A DNA stretch of 64,000 nt from assembly GCA_963727485.1 (NCBI GenBank), contig CAVSGM010000003.1, positions 704,001 to 768,000 of the forward strand. Direction: 5' to 3'. The DNA is from an uncultured delta proteobacterium (GTDB lineage: Bacteria; Myxococcota; Myxococcia; SLRQ01). The notes beneath the pieces are model-generated. The model was given only the letters and a program-made list of their open reading frames with translations, searched no databases and was not told the origin of the DNA. Positions 25,640-35,176 of the stretch are shown one piece after another. Numbering within the stretch: position 1 is the first letter of the stretch; the number at the start of each line of letters is the position of its first letter. Position numbers and translations under genes: made by a program.

Positions 25640-26068
25640 ATGCTGGTCGAACAGGTCGAAAGGAAGCTCACGAAGCGGGCGGAGAAGTCGGGCCTCGTCT
25701 TCTCCCTTGGCACATCCGTCGAGGCGAGCCAGCTCCGAAGTGTCGAATCAGCTCTGGGGTTGTCGCTTCCAGCCCAGGTGGAATCATTCTACCGAGCACA
25801 TGACGGTCTGACCGTGGAAGAGCCAGCGCTGGTCGTCTTCCGAACGCAAGACCTGAAGCGAAGAGGCGACCTGCTTCGTTTCGCTACCTTCGATGGCGAG
25901 CATCACGTGGCGTTCGACGTGGGTCACACCAACGAGGCGGGCCAGTGGGACATCGTCTGCGAAGAGACGGGTGACACGATCACCCTCACCATGGCGAGCT
26001 TCTTGGCCAACAAGATTCGGCACTGGATTGACCACCGAAGACGTGTCTGGCTCAACGAAGTATTCTGA
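25640..26068 (+). CDS. SMI1/KNR4 (SUKH) family protein
   Basis: VESALGLSLPAQVESFYRAHDG. Confidence 0.7.
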   Translation: MLVEQVERKLTKRAEKSGLVFSLGTSVEASQLRSVESALGLSLPAQVESFYRAHDGLTVEEPALVVFRTQDLKRRGDLLRFATFDGEHHVAFDVGHTNEAGQWDIVCEETGDTITLTMASFLANKIRHWIDHRRRVWLNEVF

Positions 26069-26074
26069 CCAGGG

Positions 26075-26674
26075 ATGGCCAACACCCCCGAACCCGACAC
26101 CCACTGCCCGGTCTGCGGCTACGAGCTGGGTCTGCCCGCCTGGGAGGGTCACCGGCCGTCGTGGGAGACCTGCCCGGCGTGCGGGACCACCTTCGGCCTG
26201 GACGACGACGTCTCCGAGAACCCCGCGGTCCGGGCGCAGTTCTACTCGCTCTTGCGCTCTCGCTGGGTCGCCGAGGGCACGCCTTGGTCGAGCAACACCC
26301 GGCGGCCGCTCCCTCGCGCGACTCTGCTCGCCAATCTTCAGGCCCGGGATCCCGCCGGCGTTTGGAGGGACCGGGCGCGCTTCCTCGACACCGCACGGGC
26401 CTTCCTCGACGGCGAGCTGACCGTGCCCGCAGCGATGGGCGTGCTCACCCCTTTGAGATTCCACGCCGGGGAGACAGGGCTCCTGTCCCGCGAGTTGCTG
26501 CTGGCGCTCACCGCCGTCGAGTCCGAGCTCGACGAGTTCGGCTTCATGCCCCTCGACCGCGTGTTCGCCCGGGACGGCATCGCCTCGAACAGGAAAGCCC
26601 TGGCCGTGCACCAGGACCTGGAGGCGGCCTGCCGCCGGATCCTCGCCGAGCTGGAGCCGGACGCCACCGACTGA
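26075..26674 (+). CDS. Hypothetical protein with N-terminal Zn-ribbon
   Basis: CPVCGY...CPACGTTFGLDD. Confidence 0.65.
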   Translation: MANTPEPDTHCPVCGYELGLPAWEGHRPSWETCPACGTTFGLDDDVSENPAVRAQFYSLLRSRWVAEGTPWSSNTRRPLPRATLLANLQARDPAGVWRDRARFLDTARAFLDGELTVPAAMGVLTPLRFHAGETGLLSRELLLALTAVESELDEFGFMPLDRVFARDGIASNRKALAVHQDLEAACRRILAELEPDATD

Positions 26675-26789
26675 CGAGCCTTGCCGACGCCGGTGGCCGA
26701 CCCGGTGCGCCGTCTCGGACGCTTTGACGGGCGGCCTCGCGACCCACTAGGATCATTCCCTAGAGACTGGTCCTTGCTGAATCCCGGAC

Positions 26790-27324
26790 GACCTACGAGG
26801 GGACGTGTTGGATGGCTTGCGGCGCTGGTGGCCGGGGTGACGGTCGGCGGATGCCAGTGCCAGGCTGTTGTACCGACGGCCCCGCCTGGCGAGGTCTACA
26901 TCCCCGGATCGACCCTTGAGATGGGGCATGCGCCGACATCCGGAACCCAGTGCCCTGGCCAGCAGCGCGGCCCCGGCCAACTCGGACAAGTGGATGCGCA
27001 CGGTGGGCACGGACTCGCGCGACGTCTCGGCCGAGGGCGTCCACGATCTCTACGGCAATCCGTTCGAACTCGTGGCCAATCTCTACGTGGGCGACCTCTA
27101 CGCGCACAAGCTCGCAGGACAACCCTACCAGGCCAAAGGCCTCCGACCTCCCGACGGGCGTCGTTCCCAGCGCTGACCACGTTGTCCGCGGCAACTGCGA
27201 CGGCACGTTGTGGCCGGACTTCGACTATGCCCACAAGGGTTGCCCGGTCTGGTTCCGCACGTACGACTCGGGCGTGGCCGGCCAGGGACTCATCGACGGC
27301 CCGAGGTGGCACTGGCCCGAGTGA
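26790..27324 (+). pseudogene. Remnant of an FGE-sulfatase (SUMF1)-domain protein
   Basis: VYIPGSTLEMG and DVSAEGVHDLYGNPFE in different frames; central part missing. Confidence 0.55.
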
Positions 27325-27380
27325 GGGCGTGAAGCAGTGCCTTCCCCAAGTCCGTACGAAGAGGCAAGCTTGGTGTTCAC

Positions 27381-27963
27381 ATGAACGAAGAAGAACGAGG
27401 CATCTTCGAGCATCTCGAGGAGATGGGGCACCTGGCGGCGGCGGGTCAATGGGCGTCGCTCGAGCAGAAGTACCTCTCGCTCTGCAGGTCACTGGCAGGC
27501 CCAACCCTTGCGGACAGGGTCATGCGCCTGGACTTCGGCAAGTATGGTGAATCGCTCCGTGCCCCGTACCTCGAGGCCTCGGCCGAGTGCGCCCGGCGCG
27601 GCCATCCCGCGTTGTACTTCGAGTACGACCTCGACAATGCCTGGGAGGGCGCCTTCTTCGTGTGCTGTTGAGTTCCGTCCCATCGAAGAGGCCGATGAAG
27701 ACTGGGCCTGTGACTACGAGGCTCACTTCCGCGCTCCACCATTCGAGGAGGCGTCGGCGCTCTACCTGGAGAATGGGTTTGATCAGACGCCCGAAGCGGT
27801 CGGTACCACGCTGCTCTTGATCGCGCGCCCCGTCCGAGCGGTTCGCGAGCTGGTGCAGGAAGATCCGCCAGGGCTTCGTGCGGTCTGCGTCGCCTTTCAC
27901 GACCAGGATCCCCTTGTGCGTGTCTTCGAAGACCCGAGCGCAACCGCGTTGCACTCCGCGTGA
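27381..27963 (+). CDS. Acidic hypothetical protein (indel near 27665), immunity-like
   Basis: ALYFEYDLDNAW...DEDWACDY...VAFHDQD across two frames. Confidence 0.55.
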
Positions 27964-28560
27964 CGGGTTGAAGCAGCCGGCAAGGGCGCCTCGGCGGCCC
28001 GAGCTGGCACTAGCGCGCCGGGTCCCGACCGCGGAGCGCGTCCAGCACCGCTTCCCTCGCCGCCAGCGCCTGCGCGAGGGACCAGAAGCGACCCGCGGGC
28101 TCATAGAAGCCGTCGCCAGCGAAAACCAGGTGATGAGGGCCTGGCCCGGCTTCGACGTAGAGACCCCGAATCGCCGCCAGCAGGGAGTACCGCTCCCGGG
28201 TCGGGCGGCGAGCCCAGGCGAAGCGCAGTCTCCCGGAGTCACCGGTGACGAGGATGCGGGCCTGTACGAGACCGTCGGATGCACCGCACCAGGAGGAGCC
28301 CGAGAGCGAGGCCGATTAACAGTCGCAGCGGCTGGGGCTCGAGCTCGGACCAGACCGCGGACCCTGGCAGACCGGCCCAGGCGCCCAGGGCCATCCCGCC
28401 CGCGGCAGCTACGCCCAGCATCCCCAGCACCACGCCGGCCACCTGGAGGTACGGTCGGTTGCCCACGCTCGCCTCCCGGATCTCCACGCCACCGTCGGGG
28501 ACCCAGCAATCGGCACCGGCTCCACCAGACGGGCCGACCCGCTCGTCCGCACGTTCCCGG

Positions 28561-29034
28561 CTACCAGGCGGGCCGTGAGCGGTGTCTCCAGGTCGCCGGC
28601 AGCGCGAACGTCGTCGCCGGAGAGGTCCCGCCAGACCAGGGACCAGCCGCCGAGACGACAAAGCCCCTCGGCGAAGGTTCGCACCCGTGTCGGCGACGAA
28701 GTACCCGGAGGACCAAGTGCCGGGTCAATCCGGGCGCCACGAAATCGACGGCGTAGGCCGGACCGGCCACCCCGAGGTGACGTCGACCGCAGCGCGAGAC
28801 CACCACGCACCCCTCTTCTACAGCCAGCGGTCCGGCACGGGTGCCCAAGATGACTCCGCCCTCACGCCGCAGCTCGAGGGCCCTCGGCCGTCCCGTGACC
28901 TGCGGTGCCAGGATGAGGAGCATGAGCAGAGGGGTCGACGGCAAGAGCGTCAGGTAGCCCAGCCCGAAGTGGAGGGAGACGGCTACTGTCGCGGCGAGGG
29001 CGACCAGTGCCCCGCCGATGACGACCCAGCGCAT
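28561..29034 (-). CDS. Hypothetical membrane protein
   Basis: Two N-terminal TM segments MRWVVIGGALVAL...; 3' end uncertain. Confidence 0.4.
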   Translation of the reverse strand: MRWVVIGGALVALAATVAVSLHFGLGYLTLLPSTPLLMLLILAPQVTGRPRALELRREGGVILGTRAGPLAVEEGCVVVSRCGRRHLGVAGPAYAVDFVAPGLTRHLVLRVLRRRHGCEPSPRGFVVSAAGPWSGGTSPATTFALPATWRHRSRPAW

Positions 29035-29274
29035 TCCGGGTCCACACCGGGGATAGGGGTCGGGTACCCGAAGCCTGGACGGGGTATGCGGGAGGGACTT
29101 CGTCCAGATATGGACGGGCGCAGCCATACCCAGATGAAGCTGCGCCCCCCGCGTTCTGACGCCTTCAGCCCCTCAGGCCGCCGAGCCCCATGGCGCACAA
29201 TCGGGGCCCTGCCCAACCTTCTCCGAGCCGCTGGACGCGGACGCCGCGCGGCTGGTGCCGGGCAAGCCCAGTTG

Positions 29275-29918
29275 CTACCCGCCGCCATGCGCCTGGGCGA
29301 GCGCTCGCAGCCGACCCACGGCGCCGTCGACGACCGCGCGGACCTTGGCATCGATCTCCTGGACCTTCGGCGGGGGACCGCTCGGGTCCCAATCTCCCCC
29401 GGCCTCCAGACCGGGTCGTCGTCGGGGGGCAGCACAATCCCGGGCACCTTGATCGCGGCTCGCTGAAGGGGCTGGAGGCAGGCGCAAATCTGGATCAGCA
29501 GCCGGGTCCGGGCCGGGTCGTCGCCAGTGCCCAAATCCTCCCCGGGATCCGAGCGGTCCCGCAGCAGCGGGTTCGGGAACCGCGCCACCTCTGGCTCCAG
29601 GGCCTCGAGCTGGCGCATCGCCTCCGCGACGTCCTCCTGGGCCGCGGCAATCCGCTCGGACCAGGGGCGTGCCGCCCAGTCCACCTGGGCCTCGAGCGCC
29701 GACAGCCGGGCGCGTCCCTGACCTCCCTCGTACCCGCAGCTCCGGCACACGTAGACATCCGGGCCCAGGACCTCCAAATCGGTGCTGTCGCAGCTCGCGC
29801 ATCGGGGCCGGGCGTCCTCGGCGGGGTCGTTCAGCTCGTTGTCGTAGGGCTTGCGGGTGGAGATGAACCAGACGAAGCCCACCAGGGCCAGGGTTCCGGC
29901 CGCGAGGAGCCAGGCCAT
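29275..29918 (-). CDS. Membrane-anchored Zn-ribbon hypothetical protein (indel near 29400)
   Basis: N-terminal TM; CASC...CRSC; start overlaps the HNH stop (TGATG). Confidence 0.55.
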
Positions 29919-30527
29919 CACGCGCCTCCGGGTTCCGTGGAGGCGGCGCCAGCCGCAGGTGGACCTCCGGCGACCGCCGTCTCCGCCGCGCGCCGCCAGC
30001 GTCGCAGGTACGCCGAGGCCAAGGCCTCCGGGTGCGCGTCAGTGTAGGCCAGGAACCAGCCGAGGAGGCCGTCCCAGTCATCCAGGGAGCCCGCCGGGTG
30101 CAGCTCCCAGCCGAGCTCCGCGAGGGTCCAATGCGCCTTCGCGGAGTTCCGGAGCTGCGAGGTCGAGACCATGTTCGACTCGTCGTCGGCGCCGCCGCGC
30201 GCCACGGGCACCACGTGGTCGATGGTGGGAAAGAGCTCCCAGTACATGACGTGCGTCTCCGACACCTTCCAGTTGGGATGAAACGGGAAGGCCTCTGGAA
30301 GCAGGTCCGAGAGGAGCCGCAGCGTGCCGGGAAACACCAGGCGTTCGCCCGAGTACCGGTCGACGAAGCCGTCGCGCCGGAACACGCGCATCATCGTGGC
30401 CTCGGCGTAGTGCCGCCCCGCGTTCTGCGGCGGCGCGAAGGGGTAGTCGGTGCGGGCGATGCGGTGGCGTCATCGCGGTCGCCCTCGGTCAGCGCCCGGC
30501 AGACCGGTCGAGTGCGTCCCAGCTCAT
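29918..30527 (-). CDS. HNH endonuclease (5' indels)
   Basis: VFRRDGFVDRYSG, TIDHVVPVARGG...N...NSAK. Confidence 0.85.
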
Positions 30528-30592
30528 GTCGATGGTGGTTCTCCCATCGAACAACCTTCGTCAAGGACCGCGGTCGCCTGCCGGCCCGGTGC

Positions 30593-30900
30593 CTACTGCG
30601 TCTGCCGGAACCGGTAGTTGCGGACGACGATCGCCGGGATCGGCTGTCCCTTGTTGAGCGCCGGGTGGAACCGGCAGCGGCGCAGGGCGGCGCGCACCGC
30701 GTCGTCGAACACCGGGTTGGTGGACCGCCTGATCCGGATGTCCGTGACCTGGCCCGACCGGGTGACCGTGTACTCGGCGATCACCGTGCCGTGGAGCGCC
30801 TTGCGGCGGAGGCTGCGCCCCGTCGACCTCGGGCGCGTCAGCGGGGCCTGCGCCAGTGCTCCCGCGGACTGGCTTCCGACGCCGGACCGGGCGACGCCTC
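30593..30900 (-). CDS. TonB C-terminal domain protein (5' end uncertain)
   Basis: GTVIAEYTVTRSGQV...FDDAVRAALRRCRFHPA..GQP. Confidence 0.7.
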
Positions 30901-31380
30901 GGAGCTGGCCGGGGGCTCGACGGACACCGGACCGGCCGGTGGGCTGACGCCGCGGTCCCTGGTGCCGGCGGCGCCCCGAGACGTCCGGGCCGTTCGCCGG
31001 CGCCACCGGGGCGCCCCTCGTCGAGCCACGCCGGTGGTGCGGGCACGCCGAGGGGTGCCGACCGTCGCCGGCGCCCAGGGGTGGGCTGGCGCTGGTCGCA
31101 CCGTCGTCGGCGGCTCGTGGTCCCAGGATAGCGCTGCGGCCTGCCGTGCCGGGCGCGCACTCCCCCGGACCCGCGGAAGACCCTCGTCCGCGGGCTCCCA
31201 CCCACCTCCCGGCCGCCGCTGGCCACGCACATCCGGTAGCGCCGCATCCGGTGAGCCGTCGGGATGGGGATCAACGTCCGTTGCCCACCTCGCGCGCCTG
31301 CCCACCTTGGTGCCGGTCGATTTCTCGGCCGTCTCAACGGGTGGAGTGAACTCCCACCCCTCCACGGGGGATGAAGTCTG

Positions 31381-31770
31381 ATGCACGTCACCAAGAACGA
31401 TGTGGAAGTGAAGATGGAGATTCCGGGCGCCGTCATCCGTCAGCACACGGATTTCGGCGACGCCACCGGGCTGGGCAAGATCAGCTGCGAGTACTTCTCG
31501 CTGGCCGCCGGCGTCGACACCACCCCGCTCTTCGAGGGGCTCGAGGGCGATCTCTGCCAGTGCCCGCACTGGGGGTTCGTGGTCCGGGGGGAGCTGACCG
31601 CCACCGATGCGGCGGGGAAGACGGAGACCGTCAAGGGCAACGACCTCTTCTACTGGCCCCCGGGGCACAACGTGAAGGTCACGGCGGACGCCGACCTCAT
31701 CATGTTCAGCCCGCAGCGCGAGCACTCCCAGGTGATCGCCCACATGCAGGAGAAGGTGAAGACGCTGTAG
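31381..31770 (+). CDS. Cupin-like protein
   Basis: CQCPHWGFVVRG, YWPPGH. Confidence 0.8.
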   Translation: MHVTKNDVEVKMEIPGAVIRQHTDFGDATGLGKISCEYFSLAAGVDTTPLFEGLEGDLCQCPHWGFVVRGELTATDAAGKTETVKGNDLFYWPPGHNVKVTADADLIMFSPQREHSQVIAHMQEKVKTL

Positions 31771-31909
31771 GCAGGCGCATCCCAGCGCGGTCATCCCTCG
31801 ACGGGCGACGGGCAGGGCTGGCGCCGCCCTGGGGTCGGGCCAGCTTCGTCGTCCGGGGGTGGCGCCCCCCGGGGCCGCGCCTAGATCAGTGTTCTCGGGG
31901 GGACACACG

Positions 31910-32446
31910 ATGAAGCTGCTCGCGATGCTGGCCCTGGGCCTCGCCACCGGCGCCGGCGCCACCACCGCAAGGGCCCAGGGCGACCCGCCGCCGCTGAAGA
32001 CCGTGCCCCAGGTCGACCTCTCGCGCTACCTGGGGACCTGGTACGAGATCGCCAGCTTCCCCCAGCGCTTCCAGCGCGGCTGCACCGGCACCACCGCCAC
32101 CTACTCGCTCATGGACAACGGCGACCTCCGGGTGGTCAACCGCTGCTTCAAGGGCTCCCTCGACGGCAAGCTCTCCGTGGCCCGCGGCCACGCCTGGGTC
32201 GTCGACAAGACCACCAACGCCAAGCTCGAGGTGAGCTTCTTCTGGCCGTTCCACGGCGCCTACTGGATCATCGACCTCGACCCCGACTACCGGTACGCCG
32301 TCGTCGGCAACCCGAGCCGCGACTACCTGTGGATCCTCTCGCGTACGCCGACCATGGATCCCGCGGTCTACGCCGGCATCCTCGAGCGGCTCGAGGCGCA
32401 GGGCTTTGACACCAGCCGGCTGGTGCGGACGCTGCAGAAGCGCTAA
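31910..32446 (+). CDS. blc: Bacterial lipocalin, copy 1
   Basis: RYLGTWYEIA, YWIIDLD, YLWILSR. Confidence 0.92.
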   Translation: MKLLAMLALGLATGAGATTARAQGDPPPLKTVPQVDLSRYLGTWYEIASFPQRFQRGCTGTTATYSLMDNGDLRVVNRCFKGSLDGKLSVARGHAWVVDKTTNAKLEVSFFWPFHGAYWIIDLDPDYRYAVVGNPSRDYLWILSRTPTMDPAVYAGILERLEAQGFDTSRLVRTLQKR

Positions 32447-32661
32447 CGGCAGACGCGGTCCCCGTGCCGGCTACTGCGTAACGCACAACGCCGACGGTGC
32501 GCACCCTGCTTCGCGGAAGCGGCGTCGACGCGCCTCGTTGCCTGGCGGATCTGGCGCCAACCTCGCGGAAATCGGCACGCCCGCCAGGCTGGCCCGCCCC
32601 TTGCTCCAGGCCTCCTGATCACGGCAAGGACTCGCCCGGTCAGGGCGGCAAGGAGGACCGG

Positions 32662-33333
32662 ATGCGCGATTGGGTGAGGTGGCGGGTGCCGGGCATGCTT
32701 CTCTCCGCACTCGTGGTGTGGGCGCCGGCTGTGGCGCGGGCCGATGCGGGCGCGAGTCACGGAGACGCGACCAAGGCGGTCGCACCGGCGAAGACGCCCC
32801 CGACGATGCTCACGATGTTCCTGGCCTACCAGTGGGTCACGCCGAGGGGGCGCACCCCGGGTGCCAACGGCTTCGTGGGTGATGTCGGCTACGCGACGTC
32901 GGTGGCGGGCACCGGGCTCGTCCTCGGAGGCGGCTTCCTGGTGGAGGGACGGCAAGCGGTGGGCGCGACGACGACCCACGCCTACTTCGGCCCCGCCCTT
33001 CACGTCGGGTGGCAGCTCGACGCCGAGCACGACGTGCTCCTCGACGCCTCGGTGGCGCCGGTCTTCGGAAGGGTGGGAAGCGCCGGCGGCTGGCGCACCG
33101 GGCTCAGCGCCGGCTTCACCGTGGCGGTGCCGATCATCAGCGGGAAGATCCTGACGTGGACGTTCGACCAGGGTGGGGGCGGAGAGCACTTGCCCCTCGA
33201 GGGCATCCTCTACCTGCCGTTGCTCCTCATCCCCAACTCCATCGGGGTGCGCGCCGAGGTCGCGCCCGGGACCACCGGGGTCCGGATGGGGATCGAGCTC
33301 GGGTGGTCCATGCCCATCTCGGCCTCGTTGTGA
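32662..33333 (+). CDS. Secreted hypothetical protein (beta-rich)
   Basis: AGGAGG RBS, signal peptide, amphipathic strands. Confidence 0.55.
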   Translation: MRDWVRWRVPGMLLSALVVWAPAVARADAGASHGDATKAVAPAKTPPTMLTMFLAYQWVTPRGRTPGANGFVGDVGYATSVAGTGLVLGGGFLVEGRQAVGATTTHAYFGPALHVGWQLDAEHDVLLDASVAPVFGRVGSAGGWRTGLSAGFTVAVPIISGKILTWTFDQGGGGEHLPLEGILYLPLLLIPNSIGVRAEVAPGTTGVRMGIELGWSMPISASL

Positions 33334-33363
33334 ACGATGACTCCGCGGTCCGGCCGACGCGCT

Positions 33364-34011
33364 CTACTCCCGAAAACGGCAGTCGCGCCAGAGCGTCTTG
33401 CCCGTGTTCCCCGGCTCCGAGATCGTGAGCTGGAACTCCAGGGCGCGGCAGCTCGATGCACCAACGAACGCCGGCATGGCGGTGTTGCAGTGCGCGTCGG
33501 AGGGGATGGCGATCGGCACGCGGTCCACGTCGCCGCGGGCGAGCGTCACCTCGCCGTGCTTCTTGTCCACCGGCGGGAGTGCGAACCCGCTGGCATCCGG
33601 CGCCAGGAGCACGTGCCGGGAACCGTAGTCGAAATCCTTGGACTCCAGGTCTCCCGCCACCGCGCGAAGCCGCCCCAGCTTCACCTGCACGGCCTCGTTG
33701 CCCACGTTCGAGAGCGCCACTCCGCCCTGGGTGCACTCGATGCGGACGCTGTCGAGGAGCGCGAGCTGCTGGTCGTGGGCGTGGGCGACGATCCCGGAGA
33801 CGACCGCGCCCCCGAGGCAGGCGAGGCCCGCCGTGAGGGCGAGCACGCCGCCCCACGTGTTGAACCCTTCCCAGGTGGCGTTCCGCTGGCTGGCGAGCCC
33901 CTCGGCGCTGTTCCGCCAGCGGGTGACGGCCCACATGGTGTCGGGCTTCCAGAGGGCGAGGGCCCCCGTCCCCAGGAGGATGAGGCTCATGAGGATCAGC
34001 ACGCCCGTCAT
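33364..34011 (-). CDS. Membrane-anchored hypothetical protein
   Basis: Two TM segments flanking WKPDTMW. Confidence 0.55.
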   Translation of the reverse strand: MTGVLILMSLILLGTGALALWKPDTMWAVTRWRNSAEGLASQRNATWEGFNTWGGVLALTAGLACLGGAVVSGIVAHAHDQQLALLDSVRIECTQGGVALSNVGNEAVQVKLGRLRAVAGDLESKDFDYGSRHVLLAPDASGFALPPVDKKHGEVTLARGDVDRVPIAIPSDAHCNTAMPAFVGASSCRALEFQLTISEPGNTGKTLWRDCRFRE

Positions 34012-34112
34012 GACGAGCCTCCGTCGACCGCCGTCTCCGCCGCCCACCGCCACCGCCGCAGGTACGCCGACGCCAGCGCGCGGCAGACCCGGTCGAGTGC
34101 GGCCCAGATCAT
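34008..34112 (-). repeat. Internally deleted in-frame mini-copy of the HNH gene (34 aa)
   Basis: MIWAALDRVCRALASAYLRRWRWAAETAVDGGSS* joins the N- and C-termini of 29918-30527. Confidence 0.8.
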
Positions 34113-34128
34113 CTCGGTTGCCATGACC

Positions 34129-35079
34129 CTACGGCACCGGGTGATACCGCCGCGGGATCCAGCGGTACCCGTGCCCCTCGGCGCGGATGTGTCCGAGCCC
34201 CGGGAACGACAGGTGCGCCCCGCCCACCAGGTACCCCTGGGTCGCCGCCTGCGCCATCAGCTTCAGCCGGGTCTTGGCGGCCCGAGCGGGATCCGAGTCG
34301 AAGCTGATGGTGACCTTCGGATGGGGGAACTGCACCTCGGCGCAGTGGACGATGTCGCCCCAGAGCAGCAGCCGCCGGCCCTTGCTCTCCACCATGTAGG
34401 CGGTGTGCCCGGGCGTGTGGCCGTGGGCGGGCACGGTGCGGATGCCGGGGAAGAGCTCGGTGGTGCCCGAGAAGGTCTTCACCTTCTTCGCCTTGATGTA
34501 GGGGTCGAGGGGCGCATGCGCCTTGGCGCCGGACTTCAGCGACCACGCCAGCTCGCGCTTGGCCAGGTACACCACCGCGTTGGGGAACACCCGGTGGCCG
34601 CCGGCGCTGAGGCCGCCGATGTGATCCCCGTGGGTGTGGGTGAGGAGCACCGCGTCGATCTGGCCCGGCTGGTAGCCCGACGCCTTCAGGTTCGTGAGGA
34701 GGCGACCGGTGGCGCCGGCCGGCCGCTGGCCGGTCCCCGTGTCGACCAGCACCACGCGCTTGCCGGTGTCGATGAGAAAGGCGTTCACCGAGGTCTCGAT
34801 CGGCAGGCGCTCGTGGTCCCGGGCCAGGATCCGGCGCGCCAGCTGGGGCTTGCTCAAGAGCTTGTCCATGGGGCCGGGGAAGGCGCCGTCGTTGAGGGCC
34901 GTGATCACGAAGTCCCCGAGCTTCATCCGGTAGTAGCCCGGCGCCTGGGACTTGGTGTTGGCGGGGGCGGCCGGTGGCGGCGACGCGGCCGGCTGGGCCA
35001 TCGCGGAGGTGGCCACGCAAGCTGCGAGCAAGGCGGCCAGCGGGAGGGGTGTCGGGAGGCGGAAGGACTTGGTCTGCAT
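34129..35079 (-). CDS. Secreted MBL-fold metallo-hydrolase (methyl-parathion-hydrolase-like)
   Basis: THTHGDHIGG, HGHTPGH, WGDIVH, GAHLSFPG. Confidence 0.9.
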   Translation of the reverse strand: MQTKSFRLPTPLPLAALLAACVATSAMAQPAASPPPAAPANTKSQAPGYYRMKLGDFVITALNDGAFPGPMDKLLSKPQLARRILARDHERLPIETSVNAFLIDTGKRVVLVDTGTGQRPAGATGRLLTNLKASGYQPGQIDAVLLTHTHGDHIGGLSAGGHRVFPNAVVYLAKRELAWSLKSGAKAHAPLDPYIKAKKVKTFSGTTELFPGIRTVPAHGHTPGHTAYMVESKGRRLLLWGDIVHCAEVQFPHPKVTISFDSDPARAAKTRLKLMAQAATQGYLVGGAHLSFPGLGHIRAEGHGYRWIPRRYHPVP

Positions 35080-35176
35080 GGTCGTGCTCCGGATAGGGGC
35101 CGGCCAGCCTATCAGGCGCGACGCCGGAGCGGTCGCCGAGTGCGTCGCAACTGCCAACACGCGCTGTAGGTGGAGC

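Noticed and set aside
27660..27675. TGC TGT TGA as a possible selenocysteine site
   Set aside because: Coding continues in a different frame (EFRPIEEADEDW), so an indel explains it; no SECIS-like hairpin seen.
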